This document shows positions 9,848 through 19,592 of a stretch of DNA of 64,000 nucleotides, in pieces. How positions within the stretch are numbered: the stretch's first letter is position 1; each line of letters starts with the position of its first letter. Position numbers and translations under genes: made by a program. The DNA is from Candidatus Woesearchaeota archaeon (lineage in GTDB: Archaea > Nanobdellota > Nanobdellia > Woesearchaeales > JAFGLG01), in contig JAFGLG010000002.1 of assembly GCA_016928155.1 (NCBI GenBank), forward strand, positions 80,412 to 144,411, written 5' to 3'. The notes beneath the pieces were generated by a model. The model was not told the origin of the DNA, made no database searches, and saw nothing but the letters and a program-made list of their open reading frames with translations.

Positions 9848-10045
9848 CTAAGAATTCATCAAGTCATAGATGAAACCAAGATAATAACAGAAGCCCATGA
9901 GCACTGAGGATATCAGGGCCCAGACAACAATCATGTTGAGCTGCTGCAGAATAAGCGCATTCTTGAAGTTGGGCATGAAGAACAATGCTCCAACGCAGAT
10001 GACAAAGCCGATGAATCCTGCAAGTGATTTCCCTGTGTGATACAT
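9848..10045 (-). CDS. small two-TM membrane protein (65 aa)
   Basis: Two hydrophobic helices; promoter-like TTTCAATATGGAA box about 45 nt upstream. Confidence 0.3.
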   Translation of the reverse strand: MYHTGKSLAGFIGFVICVGALFFMPNFKNALILQQLNMIVVWALISSVLMGFCYYLGFIYDLMNS

Positions 10046-10349
10046 GATAATGATTTTTTGAGATATTATTTAAATAGTTTTTTATTTTCAATATGGAATA
10101 ATTAAATTTCTTTATCAATGAGTGATAAATTATTAATATGAGTGGGTTGCCAGCTGCCTGGTGAGGGCGAGGGTGATCCACTATGAATGAAGAACCAAAT
10201 AAGATGCAAAGACCAGAAACACCGATCAAAACACAAGAGCAATATTTTCGTTCTAACATTGTTGAATGGTGCAAAGATGGAACAGTTGTCCACCTCATAG
10301 ATGGAAGATACTGCATGAGCCACATGGGAGAGTACATGAAGAGGGATTA

Positions 10350-12566
10350 TTATTTGTAATCTTTTCCGGTATACCTCTTCATCATCAATGAATTTGTGAC
10401 CACACTCACACTGGAAAATGCCATGGCTCCGCCAGCAATTATCGGTGACAAGAGCCAGCCTGTGACATGGTACAAGATACCTGCAGCAACAGGGATGCTG
10501 ATGATGTTATAGAAGAAAGCCCAGAAGAGGTTCTGCCTTATCTTTCTCATCGCATACCTGCTCAGATCCATTGCCCTGACAACATCCATCATGTCGTTCC
10601 TCACAAGCACAATATCACCTGACTCAATAGCGACATCTGTACCTGAACCAATAGCAATGCCAATATCTGCCTGAGCCAAAGCAGGGGCATCATTTATCCC
10701 ATCGCCGACCATTGCGACTAAACCTCTCTTCTGCAGCTTCCTGACCTCTCTAGCCTTGTCCTGGGGGAGAACTTCAGCAAGGACATGATCAATGCCAAGC
10801 TGGGCAGCTATTGCTTCACCAGTGCGCCTGTTGTCGCCAGTCATCATCACAACTTTCTTGCCCATCATCCTGAGCTTCTTGACAGCAGCAACAGAACTTC
10901 TCTTGGGGGTGTCAGCGACAGCTATCAGGCCGAGAGCCTTCGTATCAGCAAGAACCATCACAGTCTTGCCCTGCTTCTCCAGGTCCTGAATCTTTCTCTC
11001 AGCTTTGGATATTGAGATCTTTCTTGACTTCATGAGTTTCCTGTTGCCAAGATAATATGCCTTTCGATTGTAAGATGCCTTTATCCCGCTGCCGACAAAA
11101 GCCTTGAAGGAATCTGCATCAGGAAGCTTCATCCTTTTCTGCTTAGCAGCACCAACAATTGCATCTCCCAGAGGATGCTCTGAACCCTTCTCTAGAACAG
11201 CAGCAATCCTGAGCAATGAATCCTGCTTCTCTTTCCCAAGAGAAACAATGTCTGTGACAACAGGCTTACCCTCTGTCAGGGTGCCAGTCTTGTCAAATAC
11301 AATTGTGTCCATCTTATGGGCCTGCTGAAGTGCAGAAGCGCTCTTTATCAGGATACCATGCTGAGCAGCCAGACCTGTGCCTACCATTACAGCAGTCGGT
11401 GTGGCAAGACCAAGCGCACATGGACAGGCAATGATCATCACAGCAACAAAAATAGTAAGTGCAAAAGCAAAGCCGAAACCGAGGAAATACCATATCAATG
11501 CTGATATAATCGCGATCAAAACAACAACCGGGACAAAATAAGCTGAGATGATGTCAGCAAGCTTCTGGATAGGGGCTTTGGAGCCCTGTGCATCCTCGAC
11601 AAGCTGTATGATCTGAGCAAGGAAAGTATCAGAGCCTATCTTCGTTGCCCTGAACCTGAAAGATCCTGATTTGTTTATAGTGGCTCCGATAACCTTGGCC
11701 CCTTTAGATTTCTCCACTGGAATTGATTCTCCTGTGATCATTGACTCATCAACAGAAGAATGGCCCTGAGTCACAATGCCATCAACAGGGATCTTCTGGC
11801 CTGGCTTCACAACAACAGTATCCCCTACAACAACCTGGTTGATCGGTATGATTAACTCCTTCCCTTTCCTGAAAACTGCAGCGGTCTTAGGCTGCAGTCC
11901 CATCAGATTCTTGATCGCTTCAGATGTCTTGCCCTTGGCAACAGCCTCAAGATACCTGCCAAGCATGATGAAGACGACAAGAAGACCGGCAACCTCAAAA
12001 TACAAATCATTAGAACCGTAATTTTGACTGCCAGACCAAATCATGATCGCTATGAACAAGCTGTAGAGGTATGCAGATCCAGTGCCCAGGGCAACAAGAG
12101 TATCCATGGTAGCTGTGCCAGATTTGAATATCGTCGATATGCCCCTTGTGTAGAAATGATAATTAGCAATCAGTATTGGTGTTGTGAGAATAATCTGGAT
12201 CAGTGCCATGTTCCGTAATATGAAATCCGGGAGAGCTATGCCAATATGAGGGGCCATTGCAAAGACCAACAATGGAAAGCCCAAGACTACAGAGAAGATA
12301 AGCTGCTTCTTTATTGTCAGAATCTCTTTCTGCCTGGCCTTCTTCTCATGATCAACAGAAGCTGAAGCCAGAGAATAACCAATACCCCCGATAGTCTTCT
12401 TTATGAGCTTCATATCCAGCTCATCCTTGTGGGACACTGTAGCCTTATGAGTAGCGTAGTTGACAGTGGCATTGTCTATACCGGGAACCTTCTTCAGCTT
12501 GCGTTCAATCCGTGCAGCGCAGGAAGCGCAATGCATCCCTCCTATCGGCAGATCTGTCTTCTTCAT
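10350..12566 (-). CDS. copA: copper-translocating P1B-type ATPase
   Basis: N-terminal [11 protein letters not shown], transmembrane CPC motif [11 protein letters not shown], phosphorylation DKTGTLT, hinge [10 protein letters not shown]. Confidence 0.95.
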   Translation of the reverse strand: MKKTDLPIGGMHCASCAARIERKLKKVPGIDNATVNYATHKATVSHKDELDMKLIKKTIGGIGYSLASASVDHEKKARQKEILTIKKQLIFSVVLGFPLLVFAMAPHIGIALPDFILRNMALIQIILTTPILIANYHFYTRGISTIFKSGTATMDTLVALGTGSAYLYSLFIAIMIWSGSQNYGSNDLYFEVAGLLVVFIMLGRYLEAVAKGKTSEAIKNLMGLQPKTAAVFRKGKELIIPINQVVVGDTVVVKPGQKIPVDGIVTQGHSSVDESMITGESIPVEKSKGAKVIGATINKSGSFRFRATKIGSDTFLAQIIQLVEDAQGSKAPIQKLADIISAYFVPVVVLIAIISALIWYFLGFGFAFALTIFVAVMIIACPCALGLATPTAVMVGTGLAAQHGILIKSASALQQAHKMDTIVFDKTGTLTEGKPVVTDIVSLGKEKQDSLLRIAAVLEKGSEHPLGDAIVGAAKQKRMKLPDADSFKAFVGSGIKASYNRKAYYLGNRKLMKSRKISISKAERKIQDLEKQGKTVMVLADTKALGLIAVADTPKRSSVAAVKKLRMMGKKVVMMTGDNRRTGEAIAAQLGIDHVLAEVLPQDKAREVRKLQKRGLVAMVGDGINDAPALAQADIGIAIGSGTDVAIESGDIVLVRNDMMDVVRAMDLSRYAMRKIRQNLFWAFFYNIISIPVAAGILYHVTGWLLSPIIAGGAMAFSSVSVVTNSLMMKRYTGKDYK

Positions 12567-12769
12567 TGTATTCTTACCTTATAATCCCCTTCTGACTCTA
12601 TCGAACTGATGATATTCTTGCTTGATCTTTCTGTCTTAATGGTGAGGACTCCTATCTTAGATTTCTCATCAACCTTGAATGATGAGATCTTCGCTCCCTG
12701 CTCTTCCATGATATCCTCAATAAGACCTTTGCATGCTTTGCAATGCAATCCTTTAATCTCTAATTCCAT
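12563..12769 (-). CDS. copZ: heavy-metal-associated copper chaperone
   Basis: 68 aa; GLHCKACKG (MxCxxC-type HMA site); 4-nt overlap with copA start. Confidence 0.8.
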   Translation of the reverse strand: MELEIKGLHCKACKGLIEDIMEEQGAKISSFKVDEKSKIGVLTIKTERSSKNIISSIESEGDYKVRIQ

Positions 12770-12793
12770 CTTAAGACCTCCAGAAAAGAAAGG

Positions 12794-13240
12794 TTATGCA
12801 AACCTTCTCTTGCCTGCTGCAAGATCTGCCTTGTTGATGACTAGACTATCACCTTGGACCTTGCTTGGCAGAAAACCAGGCCAGCAACCACCACCCATGG
12901 TGTTCTCAGTGCCTAAACCGCTTAGGGGATACTTGTTGCCACAATTATTGCAGACCATCTGATCACCTTCCTGTCTATAACCCTTTTTCTGTGCACCACA
13001 GACATCACAGGCATCAAAAGCGGTCTTGATAGAGCCGTCACTGTCTTTCACTGCAAAGAACCTGACAGCAACACCATTTACAGCATATTCATAAAACTGA
13101 GCTGTCGATGAGATCTGCGATGTTGGAATGCTCATGACCCCTGTCGCAGCAATAGCATTGCCTGCAACACCTGATGGCTTCAGCACATAACCTAAAGCAA
13201 TGACGACAAACAATATCAAAACAGCATATCCTTTCTTCAT
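12794..13240 (-). CDS. membrane-anchored Cys4 zinc-ribbon-like metal-binding protein
   Basis: N-terminal TM/signal region, then CDVCG-x15-CNNCG; internal ATG at 13238-13240 preceded by GAGGGGG SD (the track ORF extends into the upstream gene). Confidence 0.55.
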   Translation of the reverse strand: MKKGYAVLILFVVIALGYVLKPSGVAGNAIAATGVMSIPTSQISSTAQFYEYAVNGVAVRFFAVKDSDGSIKTAFDACDVCGAQKKGYRQEGDQMVCNNCGNKYPLSGLGTENTMGGGCWPGFLPSKVQGDSLVINKADLAAGKRRFA

Positions 13241-13253
13241 CTTAGATACCCCC

Positions 13254-14246
13254 TCAGCCGCCAGTGCAACCGGCACCTGAACTATCATAATCACCATAGC
13301 CACCACAACCGCCACCACAACCAGTTTTGCCACAACCTCCAGCCCCGCCGCACCCTATTGATCCTGCTTCAGCAGTATTTGCACTAACTGCTTTGAGGCC
13401 ATCCTGGGCAACAGCTCCTGTTGAATCATCAAGGACTGTAGCAGGATACTCGCTGAAAACCTCCAATTGCAGCATCTGCTCTTTTGATGTCTGAGATGAA
13501 TCATAAGATACATCAAAATCATTGGGGAAGCTGAATCTGACAGATTCAACTCCGGCCACAGTCTTAAGCTCATTTGAGATAAGAGGGGCGTGACCAGGGC
13601 AGGGTATATCAACACTTATCTTGAGCAGTGAATCAGGTGAACCGGGGATCCCTGCAGATGATGCTGAAGGGGAAGCTATTGAGATATTGGCCATCAGAGG
13701 GAATATCAGGAAAAAGAGCACAATATTTATCCCAACTGTAGAGCCATACATTGAAGCCAAGTACTTCCATTTCTTCCTGACACCCTCAAAAGAGAGGAGG
13801 GAATTCCTCCTCAGATAGAGGGCACTCGAGAGGGTTGCGAAAAGAATCGAAATGCCAATCAGGAAATGGAAAAAGTAACGGTTCATCAGCAAGGGCTTGA
13901 AGAACTGCATCAGCACAGTGACTCCCAGCACAGAACCGATTATGAAAGCTATACAGCCAATGTGCGGGATAAGACCATATCCAAGACCCTGCCAAAAAGT
14001 ATGCTTCCTCTTCTCTCCATTTACACCATCAATAGCGTAACCAAGATCCAAGACCTTGCTCTTGATCTCATCCAGACTAATAATATCCTGGTCATACTTA
14101 ATATCTGCAGTGCCCTTATCCAAAAATACCTCAATCCTCTGCACACCTTCCAGCTTTATCAGGCGCTTCTCAATAGTCCTGACACAGCTCTGGCATGTCA
14201 TACCATCAATCCTAAATGTCTCATCCTTCATGTCAAAAACCTCCAT
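13254..14246 (-). CDS. HMA-domain-fused polytopic membrane protein with a C-terminal Gly/Cys-rich tail
   Basis: N-terminal GMTCQSCV HMA domain, about 5 TM helices, a second ferredoxin-like module with CPGH, and the tail CGGAGGCGKTGCGGGCGGYG. Confidence 0.7.
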   Translation of the reverse strand: MEVFDMKDETFRIDGMTCQSCVRTIEKRLIKLEGVQRIEVFLDKGTADIKYDQDIISLDEIKSKVLDLGYAIDGVNGEKRKHTFWQGLGYGLIPHIGCIAFIIGSVLGVTVLMQFFKPLLMNRYFFHFLIGISILFATLSSALYLRRNSLLSFEGVRKKWKYLASMYGSTVGINIVLFFLIFPLMANISIASPSASSAGIPGSPDSLLKISVDIPCPGHAPLISNELKTVAGVESVRFSFPNDFDVSYDSSQTSKEQMLQLEVFSEYPATVLDDSTGAVAQDGLKAVSANTAEAGSIGCGGAGGCGKTGCGGGCGGYGDYDSSGAGCTGG

Positions 14247-14327
14247 AATGAGTTTGATGACAATACAAAAGTTGAAACAGCATATTATATATTGTATGAA
14301 ACCAGTTTCATTGCCATAAGAACAGAT

Positions 14328-14786
14328 TCAGTGCTTGAGAACAACCACATTGGTCATGCCGCGCCTCTTGCGCTCTATCAGACCTTTACCTTCAAGCCTG
14401 TCAAGAAGCCTAGTGACCTTGACCTTGCTCATATTAGTCTTCTCGACCAGGTCTGACTGGAAAATGGTGCCATCAGAAGATGCCAGGGCAGCCATGATGA
14501 GCTTCTCATCATTGCTGAGATCCTTTGGAAGGGCTTTCCGGGGCTTTTTATCGAATGATTCCTTGTCACCCCATAACACCAGATAGATACCTCCGATAAT
14601 AACAAAGACCATGATCACAATACCTATATTTGTCTGGACATCAAGGGTCTGCCACATGGGACATTCTGATCCATGGGTACAGGATGCATTGACAATATCA
14701 GTCAAGGCCCTGTTGAATAGGTATACAATAAATCCTATCAAAACTGCAATGCCTATAATCAACAATCCCACTGTGCGGTTCTTCAT
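14328..14786 (-). CDS. membrane-anchored winged-helix transcriptional regulator (putative metal sensor)
   Basis: Two TM helices flank the loop NASCTHGSECPMWQ; C-terminal wHTH LIMAALASSDGTIFQSDLVEKTNMSKVKVTRLLDRLEGKGLIER; start taken at internal MKNRTV (coordinates approximate by 1-2 nt). Confidence 0.6.
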   Translation of the reverse strand: MKNRTVGLLIIGIAVLIGFIVYLFNRALTDIVNASCTHGSECPMWQTLDVQTNIGIVIMVFVIIGGIYLVLWGDKESFDKKPRKALPKDLSNDEKLIMAALASSDGTIFQSDLVEKTNMSKVKVTRLLDRLEGKGLIERKRRGMTNVVVLKH

Positions 14787-14868
14787 TTTACTTAACAATA
14801 GTTTATTATTTATAAATGTTTCCATATGCACGGCCTTGAAAAGGGAAATCCATTTATACCAGGATATA

Positions 14869-14882
14869 TTAACAATTGTTAA
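14869..14882. promoter_or_regulatory. perfect 14-bp palindrome TTAACAATTGTTAA in the divergent region between the metal-island regulator and sod
   Basis: Seen directly, about 20 nt upstream of the sod GTG start. Confidence 0.45.
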
Positions 14883-14899
14883 TAAATCCATGAAAGGGG

Positions 14900-15511
14900 G
14901 TGAATGAGATGCATGAACTGCCAAAACTGGATTATGGATATGATGCACTTGAGCCGCATATCGATGAAAAGACAATGAGGATCCACCACACAAAGCACCA
15001 TCAGGGATATGTAGACAAATTGAATGAAGCAGTCAAAGGCACAGAGTTCGAGAGCATGACTGCAGAAGGGCTGCTGATGCACCTGGAAAAGGTGCCGGAG
15101 AGGATCAGGACTGCTGTAAGAAACAATGGAGGGGGGCATTATAACCACTCCCTTTTTTGGAAAGTGATAGGACCTGACTGTGGGGGAAAACCCGGCGGAA
15201 AGCTAGGAGACGACATCCAGAAGAAATGGGGAAGCTTCGAGAAATTCAAAGAAGAATTCTCAAATGCAGCAGCAATAATATTCGGCAGCGGATGGGCGTG
15301 GTTAGTTGCGGACAAAGGGAAACTCGAGATAACCATCACAGCAAACCAAGACAGTCCTATAAGCAAGGGAAAGATGCCTCTCATAGGGTTAGATATCTGG
15401 GAGCACGCATACTACCTCAGATATCAGAACAAGAGGCCGGAGTATATCAAAGCCTGGTGGAATATGGTTGATTGGAAGCGAGCAGATGAAAGATATAGAA
15501 GGGCTTTATAA
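14900..15511 (+). CDS. sod: Fe/Mn superoxide dismutase
   Basis: [25 protein letters not shown], metal-ligand context DIWEHAYYL. Confidence 0.95.
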   Translation: MNEMHELPKLDYGYDALEPHIDEKTMRIHHTKHHQGYVDKLNEAVKGTEFESMTAEGLLMHLEKVPERIRTAVRNNGGGHYNHSLFWKVIGPDCGGKPGGKLGDDIQKKWGSFEKFKEEFSNAAAIIFGSGWAWLVADKGKLEITITANQDSPISKGKMPLIGLDIWEHAYYLRYQNKRPEYIKAWWNMVDWKRADERYRRAL

Positions 15512-15550
15512 ACCACAATATATAAAAGGGGCGAGCTTTCACTTTAAGGC

Positions 15551-16585
15551 ATGCTGAATGATGAAACAAGAAAGGAGCTTGAAAAGCAGCAATACCGCCT
15601 TGTAGGGAACCACAGCGCTGTGAAGATATGTGGCTGGACAAAGAAGATGATAAAAGGGGAAGGATGCTGCTACAAGGAGAGATTCTACGGCATAATGAGC
15701 AACCAGTGCCTGCAGATGACCACAGCATTATCATGCGCCAACAGATGCCAATTCTGCTGGAGAGGATACAAAGCACCAGTATCAATAAAATGGGAAGGAC
15801 CTATAGATGAACCCAACACCATCATTGATGGATGCATGGAAGAGCATCACGACCTGCTCGCAGGACTGAAAGGATACAAGAAGGTGAATATGGGAGCTTA
15901 TGAGAGATCCAAAAATATCAGGCATGTCGCCCTGTCCTTGACCGGAGAGCCGATAATATACCCGAAGATCAATGAGATAATATCAGAATTCCACAGACGC
16001 AAGATATCGACATTCCTCGTGACAAACGCACAATACCATGAAGAGATAAACAACCTGGGACCTGTGACACAGCTCTACCTGAGCATCGGGGCGCCGAACA
16101 AGGAACTCCTGAAAGAGATCGAAAAGCCGCTGTTCCCTGACTATTGGGAGAGACTGCACAAAAGCCTTGAAAATCTGGCCAAAAAAAAGCACAGGACATG
16201 CATAAGGCTCACGATGGTAAAGGACATGAACATGACAGAACCGCAAGGATATGCAGAGCTGATAAAGAAAGGGGACCCTGACTTTGTAGAGGCCAAGGCA
16301 TACATGTTTGTCGGAGCGTCAAGGCAGAGGCTGAAGCTCGAGAACATGCCATACCATCATGAGGTCATGGAATTCACCAAGAAGCTGATCGAATACCTGC
16401 CGGATTATGAGATAGCATCAGAGCATGAGCCATCAAGGGTCGTGTGCCTGGCAAAGAAAAAATTTAAGAAGGATGGCAGATGGCACACGTGGATAGACTT
16501 CAAGAGGTTCTTCCATCTTATTGAAGCAGGAGAAGAAGCCGCAGATTACAACAGACTGATGCCAGAGGCATTCGAATATGTATGA
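15551..16585 (+). CDS. taw1: tRNA 4-demethylwyosine synthase (radical SAM, Tyw1/Taw1)
   Basis: Radical-SAM cluster CANRCQFCW plus the upstream Cys pair (CCYK) for the auxiliary cluster; TYW1-like overall. Confidence 0.85.
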   Translation: MLNDETRKELEKQQYRLVGNHSAVKICGWTKKMIKGEGCCYKERFYGIMSNQCLQMTTALSCANRCQFCWRGYKAPVSIKWEGPIDEPNTIIDGCMEEHHDLLAGLKGYKKVNMGAYERSKNIRHVALSLTGEPIIYPKINEIISEFHRRKISTFLVTNAQYHEEINNLGPVTQLYLSIGAPNKELLKEIEKPLFPDYWERLHKSLENLAKKKHRTCIRLTMVKDMNMTEPQGYAELIKKGDPDFVEAKAYMFVGASRQRLKLENMPYHHEVMEFTKKLIEYLPDYEIASEHEPSRVVCLAKKKFKKDGRWHTWIDFKRFFHLIEAGEEAADYNRLMPEAFEYV

Positions 16586-16835
16586 TCTTGAGATCAACAG
16601 GCTGAAAGAGGAGATCAGGAAAAGGAATGCGAAGAGAGTGCTGCTGCAGCTGCCTGACGGGCTCAAGCCAAAGGCGAAGGAGATAGTCGATGAGCTGCAG
16701 AAATATTCAGCGGTCGAAGTGTTTGTGTGGCTAGGGAGCTGCTATGGCGGATGCGACATACCAGATGTAAAAGCCCTGGGTGTCGACCTGATAGTGCAAT
16801 ACGGCCACAGTATATTCCATAAGGAGGAATGGTGA
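16578..16835 (+). CDS. dph2: diphthamide synthesis Dph2, N-terminal domain fragment (2-(3-amino-3-carboxypropyl)histidine synthase)
   Basis: AKRVLLQLPDGL, GGCD, QYGHS match Pyrococcus Dph2 domain 1; ends at TGA 16833-16835. Confidence 0.7.
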   Translation: MYDLEINRLKEEIRKRNAKRVLLQLPDGLKPKAKEIVDELQKYSAVEVFVWLGSCYGGCDIPDVKALGVDLIVQYGHSIFHKEEW

Positions 16836-17569
16836 TGGGCATAATCTTCATGGATGCAAAGTGGGACAAGGAGATCAAGCTAGGGGAAGAAGTGATTGAA
16901 TACCTCGAAGAGTATGCAAACTCAGTGGCGCTGTTCGCTTCAGTGCAGTTCCTGAACCTTGACACTGTGAAGCAGCAGCTGCGCTCCCGGGGGATAGAGA
17001 TAAGGACAACAAAAGCAAAAAGGACAGATGAAGAAGAGCAGATACTAGGATGCGACTGCTACCCTGATTCATTTGCAAAAGGCATAATCCCAGAAGCTGA
17101 TGCAATCCTCTATATAGGGGACGGCATGTTCCACCCCCAGGCGCTACTGCTAGCACAGATGCATACAGATAAGAAAAAAGAGATAATCACATGGAATCCT
17201 GCAGCAGAGAAGATGAGGATAATCAAGCCTCTGGAAGTCAAGAAAAATCTTGCAAAATACAAGGCGAACGTAATGAGATTCATGTCTGCAAAGAACATCG
17301 GCATCATGGTGACGACAAAACCGGGCCAGCAGTTCCTGGAGAAAGCGATAGAGCTCAAGGATGGCATCGCTGCCAAAGGAAAGAAAGCATACATATTCCT
17401 GGATGATTCAGTAAGCCTTAATCAGACAGAGAACTTCAACTTCATAGAGTGCTGGGTCAACACAGCATGTCCCAGGATAGGTCTTGACGACATACTGCAT
17501 CTTGAAAGGCCTATGATAAACATCAAAGAAGCCTTTGAGCCAGAGAAAGCACTGGAGCAGATAAAATGA
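16829..17569 (+). CDS. dph2: Dph2, C-terminal two domains, in a different frame (split gene or frameshift)
   Basis: GCDCY and TACPRIGLDD match the domain 2 and 3 cluster cysteines of Dph2; AAGGAGGAA SD directly upstream of ATG/GTG/ATG at 16829-16837. Confidence 0.7.
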   Translation: MVMGIIFMDAKWDKEIKLGEEVIEYLEEYANSVALFASVQFLNLDTVKQQLRSRGIEIRTTKAKRTDEEEQILGCDCYPDSFAKGIIPEADAILYIGDGMFHPQALLLAQMHTDKKKEIITWNPAAEKMRIIKPLEVKKNLAKYKANVMRFMSAKNIGIMVTTKPGQQFLEKAIELKDGIAAKGKKAYIFLDDSVSLNQTENFNFIECWVNTACPRIGLDDILHLERPMINIKEAFEPEKALEQIK

Positions 17570-18642
17570 ACAGGATGCTTGAATTCATAATATTCTTCAG
17601 CTTCTTCCTGGGGGTCTATGCTGCAATGAACTATTATGCCTATCTAAGGCTTGACATCATACTCGGAAGCAGACCCTGGCTCATGCCATTGATCATATTA
17701 TTGGGGCTGAGCTTCCCATTGCTCAGCGTGACCGAGCGGTTCATGCATCATAATACAGTGAGATATGCTTACATAATGTCCACAATATACCTAGGGGTAT
17801 TGTTCTTCATGATAGTGGCATTCGCATTATTGGATCTTGCCCATCTGGGTTCACTCATAGCAAAATCAAGCTTCAACTACCAACTAATCGGCCTGATAGC
17901 CCTGATAATAGTGATACTGGTGTCAGGATATTCAATGTTCAATGCCACACAGCTGAACATCAAGAAAATAAGCGTGCCAGGGGATGATGAGCTGAAGATA
18001 GTGCAGCTATCAGACATACATGTCGGCACAATACACACATCAAGATACCTGAAGAAGATTGTCAGAATCTCGAATGAACAAGAACCTGATATTGTGGCAA
18101 TAACAGGAGACCTGTTCGACGGAAGCGACGGAGTCAATAAGGAACTGATAATGCCCCTGAAAGACCTGAAGGCACGCCTTGGAGTGTACTTTGTGACTGG
18201 AAACCATGAGACCTACCTTGAGACAGACAAGATAGTGGAAATGGTGAGATCACTGAATGTGACAGTACTCAGGAATGAGATGACAGAAGCCGGCGGGGTG
18301 CAGATCATAGGGATAGACAACCCTACAAATGACCTCAAGAACAACATCCATCATCTCAAGAATATGGATATAGACAAGAAAAAGACCACAATACTGCTAT
18401 ATCATACGCCGATAGGGGTGAAAGAGGCATCAGAAGCAGGAGTTGACCTGATGCTCTCCGGCCACACGCACAATGGCCAGATATGGCCATTCGACATCAT
18501 GGTGAGGCTGTTCTTCAGATATGTGAAAGGCCTGTATGAGGTCGGGGACATGCACCTCTATCTCTCTCCGGGGGCAGGGACTTGGGGACCGCCGATGAGA
18601 CTTGGATCAAGATCAGAGATATCCGTCATAGAGATGAAATAG
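17566..18642 (+). CDS. membrane-bound calcineurin-like metallophosphoesterase
   Basis: 4 N-terminal TM helices, then the MPE motifs SDIHVG, GDLFDG, GNHE, GHTHNG. Confidence 0.8.
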   Translation: MNRMLEFIIFFSFFLGVYAAMNYYAYLRLDIILGSRPWLMPLIILLGLSFPLLSVTERFMHHNTVRYAYIMSTIYLGVLFFMIVAFALLDLAHLGSLIAKSSFNYQLIGLIALIIVILVSGYSMFNATQLNIKKISVPGDDELKIVQLSDIHVGTIHTSRYLKKIVRISNEQEPDIVAITGDLFDGSDGVNKELIMPLKDLKARLGVYFVTGNHETYLETDKIVEMVRSLNVTVLRNEMTEAGGVQIIGIDNPTNDLKNNIHHLKNMDIDKKKTTILLYHTPIGVKEASEAGVDLMLSGHTHNGQIWPFDIMVRLFFRYVKGLYEVGDMHLYLSPGAGTWGPPMRLGSRSEISVIEMK

Positions 18643-18666
18643 AGAAAAATAGAGAAAATAAATGTC

Positions 18667-19092
18667 TTACTGCAATTCTCCGATATAGAATTCATCAAGC
18701 TTCAGAAGAGCCTTGCCAGAATGGGGCTGACCATCACCGGGCTTTGCCTCGAAAAGCGTGGTCGCATCAGTCCCGCAGCCTTCAAGGATAGCATCCCCTC
18801 CAGGATGAGCACCGCTTGAGATGAAACCAGTTACATCAAATACCTCACCATTGACAGCCATCCAGCAATCATCAGCAGAATCGTGCTCTGCAATCTGATA
18901 CATAGCAATCCCTCCAATGACCATCGCAGGGTCAAGACCTGACTCGTTGTCAGGATAAAAAGTAGTCTTCAGCTCCTGCTTCTTATCCTTGGCAGGGTCA
19001 GAAATATCCTGAGCTGTATTCTCATCAGGCAATCCCGCAGGAGAACATGCAACAATGAAAATCAAGAATATCAGCAAAGCAACATACCGCAT
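18667..19092 (-). CDS. secreted lipoprotein with a cytochrome b5-like heme-binding domain
   Basis: Signal/lipobox MRYVALLIFLIFIVAC; b5 signature HPGG (SSGAHPGGDAILEGCG) and the second His region; start taken at internal Met. Confidence 0.6.
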   Translation of the reverse strand: MRYVALLIFLIFIVACSPAGLPDENTAQDISDPAKDKKQELKTTFYPDNESGLDPAMVIGGIAMYQIAEHDSADDCWMAVNGEVFDVTGFISSGAHPGGDAILEGCGTDATTLFEAKPGDGQPHSGKALLKLDEFYIGELQ

Positions 19093-19093
19093 A

Positions 19094-19462
19094 TCAACCA
19101 CCCAGGCATATCCTGCAATTCTTAGGCAAGGACTTATCATGCTTCCTATGGATGCAGCACAAAGTCTTTGAGCCCCTGAAACTGGCACACAGATCATAGA
19201 TGAGCTTCATCACATTCTTCCCATCATCAATGATGCTGCGGGCTGTCTTCCTTATCCTATCTTTCTCGGCAATCGTAAAATTAATCTCCGCGCCCCTTTT
19301 GTCCTTCAGATACTGCGAGACAGCAGCCTCTGTGATGCCAAGCAATCGGGCTGCGTCCTTCTGCTTGAGCTGGAAATCATGCACAAATGACTTGGCAAGG
19401 GCTTTCCTGATAGAAGGAAGAAGATACCAGACTTCAATCTCCTGAGGCATGACATGAGTCAT
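19094..19462 (-). CDS. HTH (XRE-like) transcriptional regulator with a C-terminal Cys cluster
   Basis: HTH AARLLGITEAAVSQYLK; C-terminal CASFRGSKTLCC ... CRIC; immediately upstream of the b5 gene (1-nt gap). Confidence 0.5.
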   Translation of the reverse strand: MTHVMPQEIEVWYLLPSIRKALAKSFVHDFQLKQKDAARLLGITEAAVSQYLKDKRGAEINFTIAEKDRIRKTARSIIDDGKNVMKLIYDLCASFRGSKTLCCIHRKHDKSLPKNCRICLGG

Positions 19463-19592
19463 TTTACAATCGTTAAGTATGAGGTCATTTAAATAATTTA
19501 CCATAGTTAAGCAACATATTTTACAATATTCAGGCAGCATATGCGCCTACGGAGGAGGAAAATTTTTATAGACATATACAATCCAGTGAAAC

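Noticed and set aside
10186-10362. 58-aa plus-strand ORF ([58 protein letters not shown]) convergent with the copA 3' end
   Set aside because: It falls below the track cutoff and has no SD or recognisable motif. It would overlap the copA stop by 12 nt, so it is likely spurious, though it could be checked with transcript data.
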